In this document: positions 1-11,106 of the stretch, in pieces
Position numbering within the stretch: position 1 is the stretch's first letter
Layout: each line of letters begins with the position of its first letter
Assembly: GCA_965240325.2 (NCBI GenBank)
Contig: OZ251223.1
Span: forward strand, 1,240,001 to 1,304,000
DNA length: 64,000 nt
Reading direction: 5' to 3'
Source: Rebecca billardiae RCC1528
Lineage: Eukaryota > Protista > Haptophyta
Notes under the pieces: model-generated
Databases searched by the model: none
What the model was told of the DNA's origin: nothing
What the model saw: only the letters and a program-made list of their open reading frames with translations
Translations under genes and position numbers: made by a program

Positions 1-1080
1 CGCCGCCGACGCGTCGCACGAGTGGAGCGCCACTGGCTGGTCGCGAAGCGACACCTCGGCTGGCGGAGGAACGTCCGCGCTGGGGGCGCTCCCATCAGCA
101 CCGTCGCCTGCAGCATGTACCGTCGCGCCAGGGTTCCGCAGCTCGCCATCACCTGCGGCGCCTCGCGGGCCGTTGGCATGGCCGTTTGCTGCAGCGCCCG
201 CTCCCCTCGTGATGCCGCTCGCGGCGTCGCACCCGTCACCCACGTCTGGCGGCAGCGCAGGCGCCACCTGGCTGGTGCCCGGTGCCTGAGAACCGTGCGC
301 AGGCACGGCTGCGGAGGGCAGCTCGGGCACGGGCACCGACGGCAGCTCAGGATCAGCGGCTTCTCGGTCGGTCGACGGCCGAGTCCTGTCAGCGGCCTCG
401 GGCGTTCTGAACTCGAGCTCGGTGGAGTCCGTGCTGGCTGCGCCCTCGCGACGGCCTCGGAAAGGGCTCGCAGTCTCATCTGTTGCGCCGGATATTCTCT
501 TCTCCTCCCCGACGACGGCATCGTAGTACTTGGCCTCCCCCTCGCCCTCCGTCTCATCGGCCCACTCGCCCTCGTCCTCGTCCTCGTCCTCGTCGATACC
601 CTCAAACTCAGAGCCTCGGTGCGGGACCTCGAACGGCTCGTATGGCATCCACGGGTCGTGCGACGTCGGCGTGTCGCTGCTGAACGCGGAAGTGGCCTCG
701 GCCAGGGTGCTCTCAAGGACTTGCATCAGCTCCATCATGCGCTCGATGTTCATATTGTGCATATCTGCCGCGCGTGGGGTCGTGCTGGAGAAGCCTGACG
801 ACTGCCTGGAGAAGGAGCCGCGCGCGGACAAAGGTCCGGAAAAAGCCGTCGACTCGGCGAGCATCCCCTGCAGGTCGTCATCCTCGAGCTCGCTCGTCCG
901 GGTGACCTCCTCGACACCCATTGCTGTCGAAGGCGAGGGCGTGGACACCTGCAGCTGGGTTTGCAGCCGCTGGTGGACATCCATGGACTCGGCGACAAGC
1001 TTCTCGAGCTCTTGCATCGTGCGCGGCGATGTGTGCGTGGCTTCGGTCGCCTCCCTGATGGGCTCCAGCTCGTCGGCCAT
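1..1080 (-). CDS. Hypothetical acidic low-complexity protein, 3' end runs off the left edge of the window
   Basis: Stop-free minus-strand frame from ATG at 1080 (MADELEPIREATEA...) to base 1. It is absent from the ORF track because no stop is in the window. Contains the acidic tract EDEDEDEGEWADETEGEGEAKYYDAV. Confidence 0.6.
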   Translation of the reverse strand, partial: MADELEPIREATEATHTSPRTMQELEKLVAESMDVHQRLQTQLQVSTPSPSTAMGVEEVTRTSELEDDDLQGMLAESTAFSGPLSARGSFSRQSSGFSSTTPRAADMHNMNIERMMELMQVLESTLAEATSAFSSDTPTSHDPWMPYEPFEVPHRGSEFEGIDEDEDEDEGEWADETEGEGEAKYYDAVVGEEKRISGATDETASPFRGRREGAASTDSTELEFRTPEAADRTRPSTDREAADPELPSVPVPELPSAAVPAHGSQAPGTSQVAPALPPDVGDGCDAASGITRGAGAAANGHANGPRGAAGDGELRNPGATVHAAGDGADGSAPSADVPPPAEVSLRDQPVALHSCDASAA

Positions 1081-2099
1081 CGCCCCCCGGCGCGCCCGCA
1101 GTTGGGGCGTGGGGCGATAACCCGCAGCAGCAGCCAAAGGCCGCCTGATGGCTGGAGAGCTGTCCGGAAAACAGCCGCTGGGCAGGCGCTGGCTGCCCGG
1201 CTTTATTCGTTGCCGATTGAACTCACATAGGATTCAGGCTACTCGTGGCCGCTCAGATTGCTTTCAAGGAAAGCATCAGAACGCGCAGTCCGGAGCAGAC
1301 ATCCACTTGCCGACTTGCGGACTTGCCGGACCTCCGCCCTTGGCTTTTCGCCGCGCCCGGCGTCGCCGTCGGTACTGCTGTGCCGTCGAGTTGCCCGGTA
1401 GAGGCGCCACGGTGTACGCGCGGCTGCCTGAATGGGTGTGTCCGTGTGTAGCTCCATTCTATGCCATGTGCTCGGTTGGTCATCGAATGCGCCGCTCCTG
1501 CAACCAGCAGGCACGCATGCGGACGGCGCCTGAGATTGAGTGAGATCGTCTCAAGGAGAGCGAGGCTGCAGCTCATCAAGACGAGGGCCAAATCGCAGGC
1601 GTTCAATCCCGCCCGACCCTGCGCTCGTGATCATGCATTGCCCCTGCTACACGCGAGTCTTCTACGATTGCCATCACACAAGAAGGCGCGGCTCATGTCA
1701 GTCAGCGCAGGGGACACTTCCACGGGAGAGCTTGCACAGGGCTGCCGGTGCGCGCTGGTGGCAGACACAGGCCAGCGGGCACGGCGGATTCAGCGTGGAA
1801 GTGTCAAAACAGACCAAACGTGCTGCGGTGCAGAATGGGGCATCGCACACTCCTCAGCCGCGCGCGCACCGCGCTGGTGGCGCGGCCGCCGTGTTGCGCC
1901 GCGGTGCCCGGCGACGGCCGGCGGCGCTTGCCCGGGTGGGGAGCTGAGATTCAAGCGAGCGCGCAATCTGTTGCGCTGCTAATAAATTGAGATGAACGGA
2001 GAGCTGTCCAGGACACATCTGAATAAGTAAGATCTGATTGGCGACGAATCACGAATTACACCATTTACACGGCGCGGCCTCCACGTTCACCACACCGCG

Positions 2100-3515
2100 A
2101 TGGTGCTGGTTGCGCTCCCTGCGGAATGTCTGACGGAGATTCTGGCCAACTTGCCTGCGCGCTCCATCTGCGCGGTCGGGCTTGCGTGCAAGGAGCTTGG
2201 TGCCGTCGTGCAGTCACCGCACGTCTGGAGGGTGCTGTGTGAGCGCCACTGGCTGGTCGACGCGTGCAGCGTCACGTGCGCGCGGCAGACATACGAGGAG
2301 CGCTTCTCACGCATGCGTGAGGTCTCTGGCGTGGAGGTCACGGCGCCCAACCCGTGGGCTGACCTGATCAGCCCGTTCCGTGCGACGTGGACTGGCTCAG
2401 CCGACGACTCGCACCTTGACACATCGGTCGGCGTCGCCCATATGTGCTCCACGCTCGCTCCGTGGCCCTTCGGAGGCGCACCTTGTGACGAGGAGCTGCT
2501 CCGCGTCGCGTACTTTGAGGTGCGGATCGTGAACGCCGGCGAGCACGGGTACATCGGGGTCGGCTGGTGCACCCCGTCGCTTGCGTCTGCCAGCAAGCAG
2601 CCTGGCTGGACGCAGGGCTCGTATGGATACCACGGCGACGATGGGCGCGCGTATCATGCAAGTGGCTGGGGCCGGCCCTTCGGCCCCCAGTTCAGCACTG
2701 GGGCCACCGTCGGCTCTGGCCTGGTACTCCCCGTGCGCAGGGACGGGGCTGCCGCGCTCCCGCCGCCCTTCATCTTCTACACACTCAACGGCGAGATCGT
2801 GGGCACGGCTTTTCGGAACGTGCGCTCGGTCTCCGCGCTCCGACCAGCGGTGGGGCTCCACTCGCACGGCGAGGAGGTGGAGCTGGTCTTCGGTGGCTGC
2901 GCGGAGATGCACTCGCACCCGCCGAGCCACGATGGCACCGAGCTCGTCTTCGACATCGCGGCACACCTCCGCCGCCTCCAGGCTGACATGCGCGCTCTCG
3001 TGGCCGGCGGGCCTGACGCGCCGGTCTCAAGTGTACCGCCGCCGCTGCATCCGTCGGTGGAAGGGGGTGCCGTGGGTGTTCCTCGGCTTGGGGTCGCCCA
3101 TCAGTCTTCCTCGCACGCAGACGATGACGGTGCGAGCGACTCAGACGATGGCATCGACGAGGGCTACGCCGACCTCATCCGCCGTATCACGGACACATCT
3201 GATGACAGCGACGAGACGCGGGCTGAGCTCGTCCACTTCCTGCAGGCGAGCTTCTTCAACCTGCAGCTGGGCGAGCGCACCCTGGCAGATCTCGACATAG
3301 ACGAGCTGAGGCAAATTTGCCAGCTGGTCATGGTGGAGATGGTTCCCCCGCCCGGCGCTCACTTGGCCGACGGCCAAGAGGCGAGCAGTGATGAGCACAG
3401 TGAGAGCACGTCAGGCTCGTCGGCGGCTGGCAGCGACGACAACAGAGCTGCATCACGGCCAAGCGACCACGATGACGTGTCGCGTTCGTCGTCGGATGAC
3501 GATGCAGATGATTAA
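2100..3515 (+). CDS. F-box + SPRY (RanBP9/10-like SPRY) domain protein
   Basis: N-terminal F-box LPAECLTEILANLPARSICAVGLACK; SPRY motifs YFEVRIV, IGVG, PGW..GSYGYHGDDG, FGPQF..G.TVGSG, FYTLNG, PAVGLHS; acidic tail. Confidence 0.9.
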   Translation: MVLVALPAECLTEILANLPARSICAVGLACKELGAVVQSPHVWRVLCERHWLVDACSVTCARQTYEERFSRMREVSGVEVTAPNPWADLISPFRATWTGSADDSHLDTSVGVAHMCSTLAPWPFGGAPCDEELLRVAYFEVRIVNAGEHGYIGVGWCTPSLASASKQPGWTQGSYGYHGDDGRAYHASGWGRPFGPQFSTGATVGSGLVLPVRRDGAAALPPPFIFYTLNGEIVGTAFRNVRSVSALRPAVGLHSHGEEVELVFGGCAEMHSHPPSHDGTELVFDIAAHLRRLQADMRALVAGGPDAPVSSVPPPLHPSVEGGAVGVPRLGVAHQSSSHADDDGASDSDDGIDEGYADLIRRITDTSDDSDETRAELVHFLQASFFNLQLGERTLADLDIDELRQICQLVMVEMVPPPGAHLADGQEASSDEHSESTSGSSAAGSDDNRAASRPSDHDDVSRSSSDDDADD

Positions 3516-4359
3516 TCCGGATGACGCGAGAATCATGTCGATTGTCATGACACTCTGCACTATGGGATGCTGCGCTGACGAGTAGTCAGTAGTGAGACTA
3601 TAAGTCTACTAGTCTGACGGGCAGGACTCTCTGACCCGGTTCGGGCAGCAGACTGAGTGTCAGACCCCGGCGGCAGTCATAATCTGGGCTCTGGCGATGA
3701 TGATATATAAGCTACGCGGATTCGAGTGACACTGATGACGACAGAACTCGTGAACAGTGAGTGTGACAGTGCACGACCAGACTAACCCGTCACCTTAGTA
3801 ACAGTGTGACAGTGCGGTCGTTCGACGGTATCACATCAGGCTTTCGAATAATCCTTTCGATCGAAGACATTCAGACGACGATCGGATGTACTGTATACGA
3901 CACTCTCGGTCGGCCAAGCGACCACGATGACGTGTCGCGTTCGTCGTCGGATGACGGTGCAGATGATTAATCCGGATGACGCGAGAATCATGTCGATTGT
4001 CATGACACTCTGCACTATGGGATGCTGCGCTGACGAGTAGTCAGTAGTGAGACTATAAGTCTACTAGTCTGACGGGCAGGACTCTCTGACCCGGTTCGGG
4101 CAGCAGACTGAGTGTCAGACCCCGGCGGCAGTCATAATCTGGGCTCTGGCGATGATGATATATAAGCTACGCGGATTCGAGTGACACTGATGACGACAGA
4201 ACTCGTGAACAGTGAGTGTGACAGTGCACGACCAGACTAACCCGTCACCTTAGTAACAGTGTGACAGTGCGGTCGTTCGACGGTATCACATCAGGCTTTC
4301 GAATAATCCTTTCGATCGAAGACATTCGACGACGATCGGATGTATACGACACTCTCGGT
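3456..4359 (+). repeat. ~450-bp direct tandem duplication (3456-3910 and 3911-4359) covering the F-box gene stop codon and 3' flank
   Basis: Both units start cggccaagcgaccacgatgac and end acactctcggt; only a few substitutions and small indels separate them. Confidence 0.95.
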
Positions 4360-4554
4360 AAGCTGCTACTTTTTATACATGCCACTGGTCGGCGTACTCG
4401 CTGAGACTTGGTGCGTCGACGCGTGCGATACGTAGCAGTCATTCTGTCAAGACGACCGCGCGTTCCGAAGCTTCATGACAGGCTGGCCGCCCTTGTCCAC
4501 GGGTATCAGCATGATACTGTGGAAGCTGATGCCGTAACAATGCTGTAACACAAA

Positions 4555-4615
4555 GGGCCCTGCGCCCTCAACTTCGTCGTTCACTACCCGAAGAAGACCG
4601 GCGTAGCCGATCATA
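4555..4615 (+). repeat. Short dispersed repeat, second copy at 33777-33834 (probable TE relic)
   Basis: gggccctgcgccctcaacttcgtcgttcactacccgaagaagaccggcgtagccgatcata versus gggccgtgcgccctcaacttcgttgtttactacccgaagatcggcgtagccgatcata. Confidence 0.75.
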
Positions 4616-5167
4616 CTGTAGAACCAGCATTTAATGGCGGCGGTCGACACGCGCAGGACGCAGGTGGCCGGGACAACGACACGCACAACCGTGTTTGCCA
4701 CTGCTGTGCGTGAGCATACGGCAACTCCAGCAAAAACGTAGTAAACACAACGCGTCACTGGCGTGCTGCCTCACCGTCGTGCCGGAGAGCTGCCGCCATG
4801 CGAAGGTATGTGAGTCCAATGAGCCGCCGTCCAGCACGTCATCGTGACTGACTGTTATCGTGCGGGACGGCATGAGCCCGAGACGTGGTTGCACAAGCGC
4901 TTCGCAGGGTTCGCTGGCTATGACTGCGCCCACGCGCGCCCACCTGGGCATCTGCGCGTCGACTCCTACCCGCGGTGCTATGTGAGGGCATCCAATCTAC
5001 CATCTGAGAACTCAAGCTTCTCCCACGTGGGAGCAGGGAAGCCGCCATCGTGCTAAGATTTGTCGGAAGGCGCGCATCGTGCATCCAGAGCTCCGGGCTG
5101 CGTGCGACGCGGGCAGGCGCCACGGAGCCCGCAGGCTCAGGCCCGTCATCCAGACGTCCACGGCAGC

Positions 5168-5980
5168 ATGGGCAAGAAAGGTGATGCACAGGAGAACGCG
5201 CGACGAAAGGCGCAGAAGCGCCTGCAGAAGCAGCAGAAGCAGATGCAGAAGCAGATGTACGCCGGCGCGTCGGCGAGCGTGCGCACACAGCTGAAGCGGC
5301 TCGGGCTGCGCGTCAAAGCGGTCGAGCCTGACGGCAACTGCCAGTTCAGGGCCGTGGCGGATCAGCTGTTCGGCGACCCCGAGCGCTATCGGGAAGTTCG
5401 TACCATGGCCATGAACGAGCTCGAGCGCAACGTCGAGCTGTACAAGGGCTTTGTGACGGATGATGAGCCCTTCGACGCGTACGTGGCGCGCATGCGCGAT
5501 GAGGCCGAGTGGGGGGACATGACGACGCTGATGGCACTGGCAGCCGCCTCGTCGCTGCGCGTGATTGTGCACCAGAACGACACGGAGCTGCCCCGGTACG
5601 AGCTCGTCCCGCACCACGGCACTGTCAAAAAAACCATACATGTCTTATTCGACGCGAGCGCAGAGCACTACGACAGCATCCGCGCAACGGGCGATGGCGA
5701 GATGGACGAGCCCCCACGCGAGATACCGTGGATGGAGGCGGATGGCCGGGTTAGGCCGACCGACGACGGCGACAACGAGCTCGCCGACGAGCTCGCTACT
5801 CGGGCACAGCTGGACGATGACGATGGCAAGGGGAAGGGGAAGAAGGTGAGCGCCAGGGAGAAGCGCGCGGCCAAGGGCGGCCCCAAGGCCAAGTCCAAGA
5901 AGCAGCTCCAGGCAGAGCTGCAGCTGGAGGCGGCTGAGCAGGCCAGGCGCGACGAGCTTGCAAAGACGCTCGTCGTATGA
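5168..5980 (+). CDS. OTU-domain deubiquitinase (OTUD3-like)
   Basis: Catalytic Cys loop VEPDGNCQFRAVADQL, WG motif (EWGDMTTL), His box EHYDS; basic N- and C-termini; ATG at 5168. Confidence 0.9.
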   Translation: MGKKGDAQENARRKAQKRLQKQQKQMQKQMYAGASASVRTQLKRLGLRVKAVEPDGNCQFRAVADQLFGDPERYREVRTMAMNELERNVELYKGFVTDDEPFDAYVARMRDEAEWGDMTTLMALAAASSLRVIVHQNDTELPRYELVPHHGTVKKTIHVLFDASAEHYDSIRATGDGEMDEPPREIPWMEADGRVRPTDDGDNELADELATRAQLDDDDGKGKGKKVSAREKRAAKGGPKAKSKKQLQAELQLEAAEQARRDELAKTLVV

Positions 5981-6515
5981 CGCGACGCGCCACTATCCGC
6001 GACCCACCTCACTTGGCCTTGCAAGGCCTCAGCAAGGCGTTCTGAACGCGGACTCTCCGAGCCATTGCGGGAAACAGAGTTATAGTGGCGCCGCCGTACG
6101 GCCGTACCTCAGAGCCCTCAGTAGTGTCGAAGGCTGTCAGCCTTCATAGAATTTATTCGAGCGACGCCTGCTGACTCGGATGACGACAGACGTGTCACGT
6201 GAGCCACGAGGTCAGTGGCCGCAGTGACGGAACGATATAACTTCTGCTGACTGCTCCGTCCTCCGCGCGGTTCACCCGGGGCACGACGGTCGACGGCGTA
6301 CAGTTTACTAAGAATTTAAGAGACGCACACAGCTCAGCCTCAGGCAGGCGAGTACGGAGATTGCGTAACCTACAGAGCACCACCATTAATACTCCAGAAA
6401 ACAATAAAATGACGACGACTGCGCACAACGAAGATTTCTGAATTTCCGACTCGACCCTTTCGCGGCGGCGGTCGCTCGGCTCGCGGCAGCGAACGCGCGC
6501 GACGACCGGGACGCC

Positions 6516-7328
6516 ATGCTCCTCGTCGCTTGGGCCGTGGCCGCGGCCACCGCGTACCTGGGCCCGGCCGCCCGGGGGGGCGTGGCATCGGGGTCGCGCG
6601 CGTCGGTGCGTATGATGCCTATCGGCGTGCCAAAGGTGGCGTACAAGATCCCGGGGGCAAACTCTGCGGAGTGGGTTGACATCTACAACAGGCTGTACCG
6701 CGAACGTATCATCTTCCTCGGGCAGGAGGTGGACGATGAGATCGCGAATCAGATCATCGCGGTCATGTTGTTCATGGAGTCCGAGGAGGCGGGGCGTCCC
6801 ATCCACCTCTACGTCAACAGCCCCGGTGGCAGCGTGATTGCGGGGCTGGCGATGTGCGATACAATGGGACACATCTCATCCGAGGTGGCCACGATCAACG
6901 TCGGCATGTCGGCGTCGATGGCGTCTTTCATTCTCGGGGCGGGCGAGCGGGGGAAACGGCTCGCGCTGCCACACTCTCGCGTCATGATCCACCAGCCCAT
7001 GGGCGGCAGCCAGGGGCAGGCGGAGGACATCAAGATGGAGGCGAAGCAGATCCTCAAGATCAAGGAGACGCTTGTGACCATGTACGCGCAGATGACGGGG
7101 CAGACGCGCGAGCGGATCATCAAGGACCTCAGCCGCGACAATTACATGTCCGCTCAGCAGGTCCGCGCCGCGCCGCCCCTCGCGACCCATGCGCTGCCAC
7201 CTCGTGCGCACAGCGCGCTCACTGGCCGATTCGCGTGCATGCGCTGCGTGCGCCGCCGTCGTGCCCGTGCGCAGGCCCTAGAGTACGGGCTGATTGACAA
7301 GATCGTCGACCTGCAACCAGGGCGCTGA
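6516..7328 (+). CDS. clpP: ATP-dependent Clp protease proteolytic subunit, plastid-targeted; exons 6516-7160 and 7275-7328
   Basis: MPIGVPKV start of the mature domain, [18 protein letters not shown], catalytic Ser in ASMAS, MIHQP, RDNYMSA. A 114-bp GT..AG intron (7161-7274) removes a non-homologous insert before [10 protein letters not shown]. Hydrophobic signal plus Arg/Ser/Ala transit peptide. Confidence 0.95.
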   Translation: MLLVAWAVAAATAYLGPAARGGVASGSRASVRMMPIGVPKVAYKIPGANSAEWVDIYNRLYRERIIFLGQEVDDEIANQIIAVMLFMESEEAGRPIHLYVNSPGGSVIAGLAMCDTMGHISSEVATINVGMSASMASFILGAGERGKRLALPHSRVMIHQPMGGSQGQAEDIKMEAKQILKIKETLVTMYAQMTGQTRERIIKDLSRDNYMSAQQVRAAPPLATHALPPRAHSALTGRFACMRCVRRRRARAQALEYGLIDKIVDLQPGR

Positions 7329-7885
7329 GCGAGGCGGGTACCTCGGGGCGCGTGCACTGGCGATCGGGGATCTGCTTCGCCACCAGTGGCCCCTGGTGGC
7401 GAGCCTGATCATGCGCGATGTCAAGTTGTCCGAACGTTCGACTTCGTGCCCATAATCGACATTCAGGCAGCCGCAAGCTGCCACTCGAGTGACAGTAGCA
7501 TCACTGAGATCAGCAGACGAGCGCAGCTGCCAGCAGGACAGCCCAGCTGACTCCTGCGCAGCCTTAGATTTCATTCGTCGTCATCATCGCGGTTATAGCT
7601 ATACTGCCGCCCTGGGCCCGTGGGGCCGTAACAATCACTAATTAATCAGTGGCAGCCGCCAATCAGTCAGCGTCCGAGGCGACGCCGGTGGCGCGTCACA
7701 GCCGTCACACTCACACTCTCTGACGGGCGCGAACCGTACTCTACTAGTACGGTAGTATTACTGCTGTTACGAGGCCTGCTGAATCCCTGCTGAATGCATG
7801 CTGTCTGCTGATGAGTGATGATACAGCTTGCTCCGCGGTCTGCGACTGCGGCCTCGCATCGCCATCGGACTAACCCGAACCGTTG

Positions 7886-8022
<137 letters not shown>

Positions 8023-8801
8023 CCTCCTGCATGAAGAGCGACGCGACGCCATTGAGTATGGACGAACATCACCCACAGTCTGCGTGATGTGCATGCGAGG
8101 GCAGGTATTGCAGCATATATGCGAGCATGCAGCAAATGCCGATACACACCATGCCGAAATGGTGATGTATAAATATATACTTGCGCGTGGTGGGGATTTG
8201 TCCCTGGCTGAACGGGAAGAGCGACTGAGCCGACGGTGCCAAAGCTGCGCGCAGACAACGAGCACAAGCAAAGAACGCAGAGGAGATGGCGGGACCTCGG
8301 GCTTTGCAGATGCGCAGGCCGAAGCAGGGGCTGCCGAGAGATGAGCAGCTCGGCCCGAAAGGTCGTGTAACCGATGATCGAGCGAGCTCTGCTAGGTGGG
8401 CTGCTTGATATGAACTTTGGTAAGTTGCCACGCCGACTTAAGATGACCTTGTATATGATCTCGAGCGCCGGATAGTGGAGAGGAGCGCGGGTACTTACAG
8501 AGGAGCCAGTGTGGTTGGCCGATATGAAAGGACCAGCGCCCGCCATGATGATGATAAAGGATAGCTCCGTGGCCGATGAGCTCCGGAAATCGACTGCAAC
8601 TACCTGCAGGACCTAGAAGACGATGGCGGCCCTTGTCCACCAGCTGCGCGTTGCCTTTCCAGCCTCCCGACACACTCGGTTATAACTCCGTTATAACGCC
8701 ACATATACATATATATATATATGTGTATAGTCGTGTATAATAATTCGCCTATAATATATATTGTAGCGTCTAAATCCGGTCTGTACGTGATGAGTGATGT
8801 G

Positions 8802-10940
8802 TCAAGTAAGACTCAAGTAACCCGTTTTACCGATCATCGCGTCCGTTACGACTGTCATCGTCCTACCGACCGCTGGCGGAGGAGACGGCGCTTCGCTCAT
8901 CCTCTCTGCGCGCACGGCGGTCGTCCTGGGGAGCATGCGGCTCGCCTCCTTGCGCAGCGCCTGCAAAAACGTGGGGAACCCGCCCGCTCCGCCGGCGACC
9001 ACATGCTGCGAAAAGGTGTAGAAGCAGAGGTCGCGGTCAGAGTCGGGCTCCGAGCGCACGCTCACGCGTAGGCCTCGCGCCTGGCAATGCGCGGCCACGG
9101 TGTCGACCGCGCGGACGGAGAGCGCGTCCTGCTGGACGGTGCGCGCGTACATCGGCTGCGCGCCTCGCCACTCGAGCGGGTTCGTCGCGTAGTTGAGCAC
9201 GCCCGACACGACCGCGCGCCGCGCGCGCACGCCGCGCGCGCGCAGTCGCTCCAGCTCGTCGTCCAGCCGCTCGAGCAGCGGCTCGACCGGGTTGAGGCCG
9301 ATGGCGTCGCCCAGGCGGAGGTACACGACGATGGCGTCGCGCGGGGCGACGTCGCACCGGCCCTCGTCCAGGCGCGCGCGCATCGCGCGCACGAGCACGC
9401 GCCCGGTCTTCTGCAGGCGCAGCTCGAGGCCGCTGGGACCCGTGCGCCCGAGCAGGCGCGCGTGGCCGGGCGCCCCGGACGCGGCCTCCGAGCGCGAGGC
9501 GAGCGTGGCCTCGAGCGCGTCGTCGCTGAGGTCGATGACGGGCGAGCCGTCGAGGAGCGACCACCGCGCGATCGCCTCGCGCAGCAGCGTGCCGCGGTAC
9601 CGCGCCTCACACAGCACCGTCGCCGAGTCGAGCCGCCACCGCACGCCGCGCGCGCGCGCCAGGTCGCTTACTCGGTACACCGTGTTCCAATCGAGAACGG
9701 CCAGCGAGTAGTTGGGCACGGCGGCGGCGCGGCGCGTGGGCGAGGGGACGAGCCGACGCACGCTCGGCACGCACACGGCGATCGGGTCGAAGCAGCGCGA
9801 CGGGTCCAGCGTGGCCGTCGGCGTGCACGCGCGCGAGCACGCGCACGCCGCAGAGTCGACGACCGCTGAGCGGTTGGCCCCGGCCGGCCGGCGCGCGGGC
9901 ACGCCGCGCTGCCCGCCCTCGGCGGTGGCGCTGAGTGTGCCGTCGGGCAGCACGAGCTGGGCGGCGGGCACGCGCCTGCGCAGCGCCTTGGACTGCCTGC
10001 GCAGCAGCACGAGCACGGACCACTCCTCGTCCCGCTCCCAGCTCTCCACATGCCTCGAGTGCACGTGGTAGCATAGCTCTGCGTCTGCGTCCGGCTCGGA
10101 GTGCACGCTCACGCGCAGCCCGAGCGCGCGGCAAGCCGACGCGAGCGCGTCGATGAGGCGCGCGGCGTGCGCGCCGAGCTCGGGCTGGCGCAGCACGCCG
10201 CTGAGCACCGCGCGCTCGATGCGCTTCCCGCTGCCGAGCAGCGGCCCGAGCGTCGCGTTCAGCCGACCGAGCAGGGTGGCGGGCGTGTGAGCGCGCAGCT
10301 CGGCCCCGAGGCCGAGTCGCAGGACGACGGCGGTGCGCGGCGCCGTGTCGCACTCGCCCGCTCGGAAGCGGGCGTGGATCGCGCGCGCGAGGCACTCCGG
10401 CACAGAGCTGTTCAGCACGACGATCTCCTCCGCGGCCGTCGCGAGCGCCGAGCGCGCGGGCCGTGCAAGCCGCGCGGCGCGCTCAGCAAGCATGCGCTCG
10501 AGCTCCTCTGCTGAGCCGCGCGCGTCCAGCCGGCTCCCGTCAAGCTCGGACGCGCACGCGAGCGCCTCGCGCAGGAGTGTGCCGCGGTACCGCGCCTCGC
10601 ACAGCACGACCGTGGCGAAGAGGCGCCAGAGCTCGCCACGCGCGCGAATGATGTCCGCGAGGCGATAGACTGAGTGCGTGCTGTCGCGAACGGCGAGCGA
10701 GAAGTGCAGCGCGCCGGCCGGCCGGCCCTCGCGCGGGGGCGTGTGCCAGCGCGCGCTGGATGCGCACGCGGCGATAGGTTCGGAGCAGCTCGGCGCATCC
10801 CGCGGCGTCCTCGCCGGCAGGCTGCACCCCGGCGCGCACGCGCACGCGTGCGCTGTCGTCAGCCAGCGTGTGAGTGTCGCCTCCTGACTCAGCCGAGGCT
10901 GAGCTGCGCAGAGCGCGGCCACCGAGGCTACGACGTGCAC
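8802..10940 (-). CDS. Hypothetical protein with two tandem copies of an uncharacterised domain (possibly glycosyltransferase-like); start uncertain
   Basis: 712-codon ORF. Repeated motifs YR..D..RARG..WR...TV(V)LCEARYRGTLLREA, LRLG, SGVL, LGLRVSV.SEPD.D..LC occur twice; hydrophobic N-terminus. Called start is GTG. Confidence 0.65.
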   Translation of the reverse strand: MHVVASVAALCAAQPRLSQEATLTRWLTTAHACACAPGCSLPARTPRDAPSCSEPIAACASSARWHTPPREGRPAGALHFSLAVRDSTHSVYRLADIIRARGELWRLFATVVLCEARYRGTLLREALACASELDGSRLDARGSAEELERMLAERAARLARPARSALATAAEEIVVLNSSVPECLARAIHARFRAGECDTAPRTAVVLRLGLGAELRAHTPATLLGRLNATLGPLLGSGKRIERAVLSGVLRQPELGAHAARLIDALASACRALGLRVSVHSEPDADAELCYHVHSRHVESWERDEEWSVLVLLRRQSKALRRRVPAAQLVLPDGTLSATAEGGQRGVPARRPAGANRSAVVDSAACACSRACTPTATLDPSRCFDPIAVCVPSVRRLVPSPTRRAAAVPNYSLAVLDWNTVYRVSDLARARGVRWRLDSATVLCEARYRGTLLREAIARWSLLDGSPVIDLSDDALEATLASRSEAASGAPGHARLLGRTGPSGLELRLQKTGRVLVRAMRARLDEGRCDVAPRDAIVVYLRLGDAIGLNPVEPLLERLDDELERLRARGVRARRAVVSGVLNYATNPLEWRGAQPMYARTVQQDALSVRAVDTVAAHCQARGLRVSVRSEPDSDRDLCFYTFSQHVVAGGAGGFPTFLQALRKEASRMLPRTTAVRAERMSEAPSPPPAVGRTMTVVTDAMIGKTGYLSLT

Positions 10941-11106
10941 CAGCCGGGATGCGATGCTGCCCCGACGGCGGGCCGCGCCAGCGTAGCGCTCTGACGCGCG
11001 CGTGGCCGTCGGCCCGCGCGGCGCCCGGCGGTGGCCGCCAGGGGGCGTCCGGCCAAGGGAGGCCTCCTCTACCGCTGCGGCCTCGGCCTGCGACGATGAG
11101 TTTATT

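Noticed and set aside
25-43. 19-nt match gagcgccactggctggtcg also at 2241
   Set aside because: Isolated short match inside two unrelated coding regions on opposite strands; no extension, treated as coincidence.
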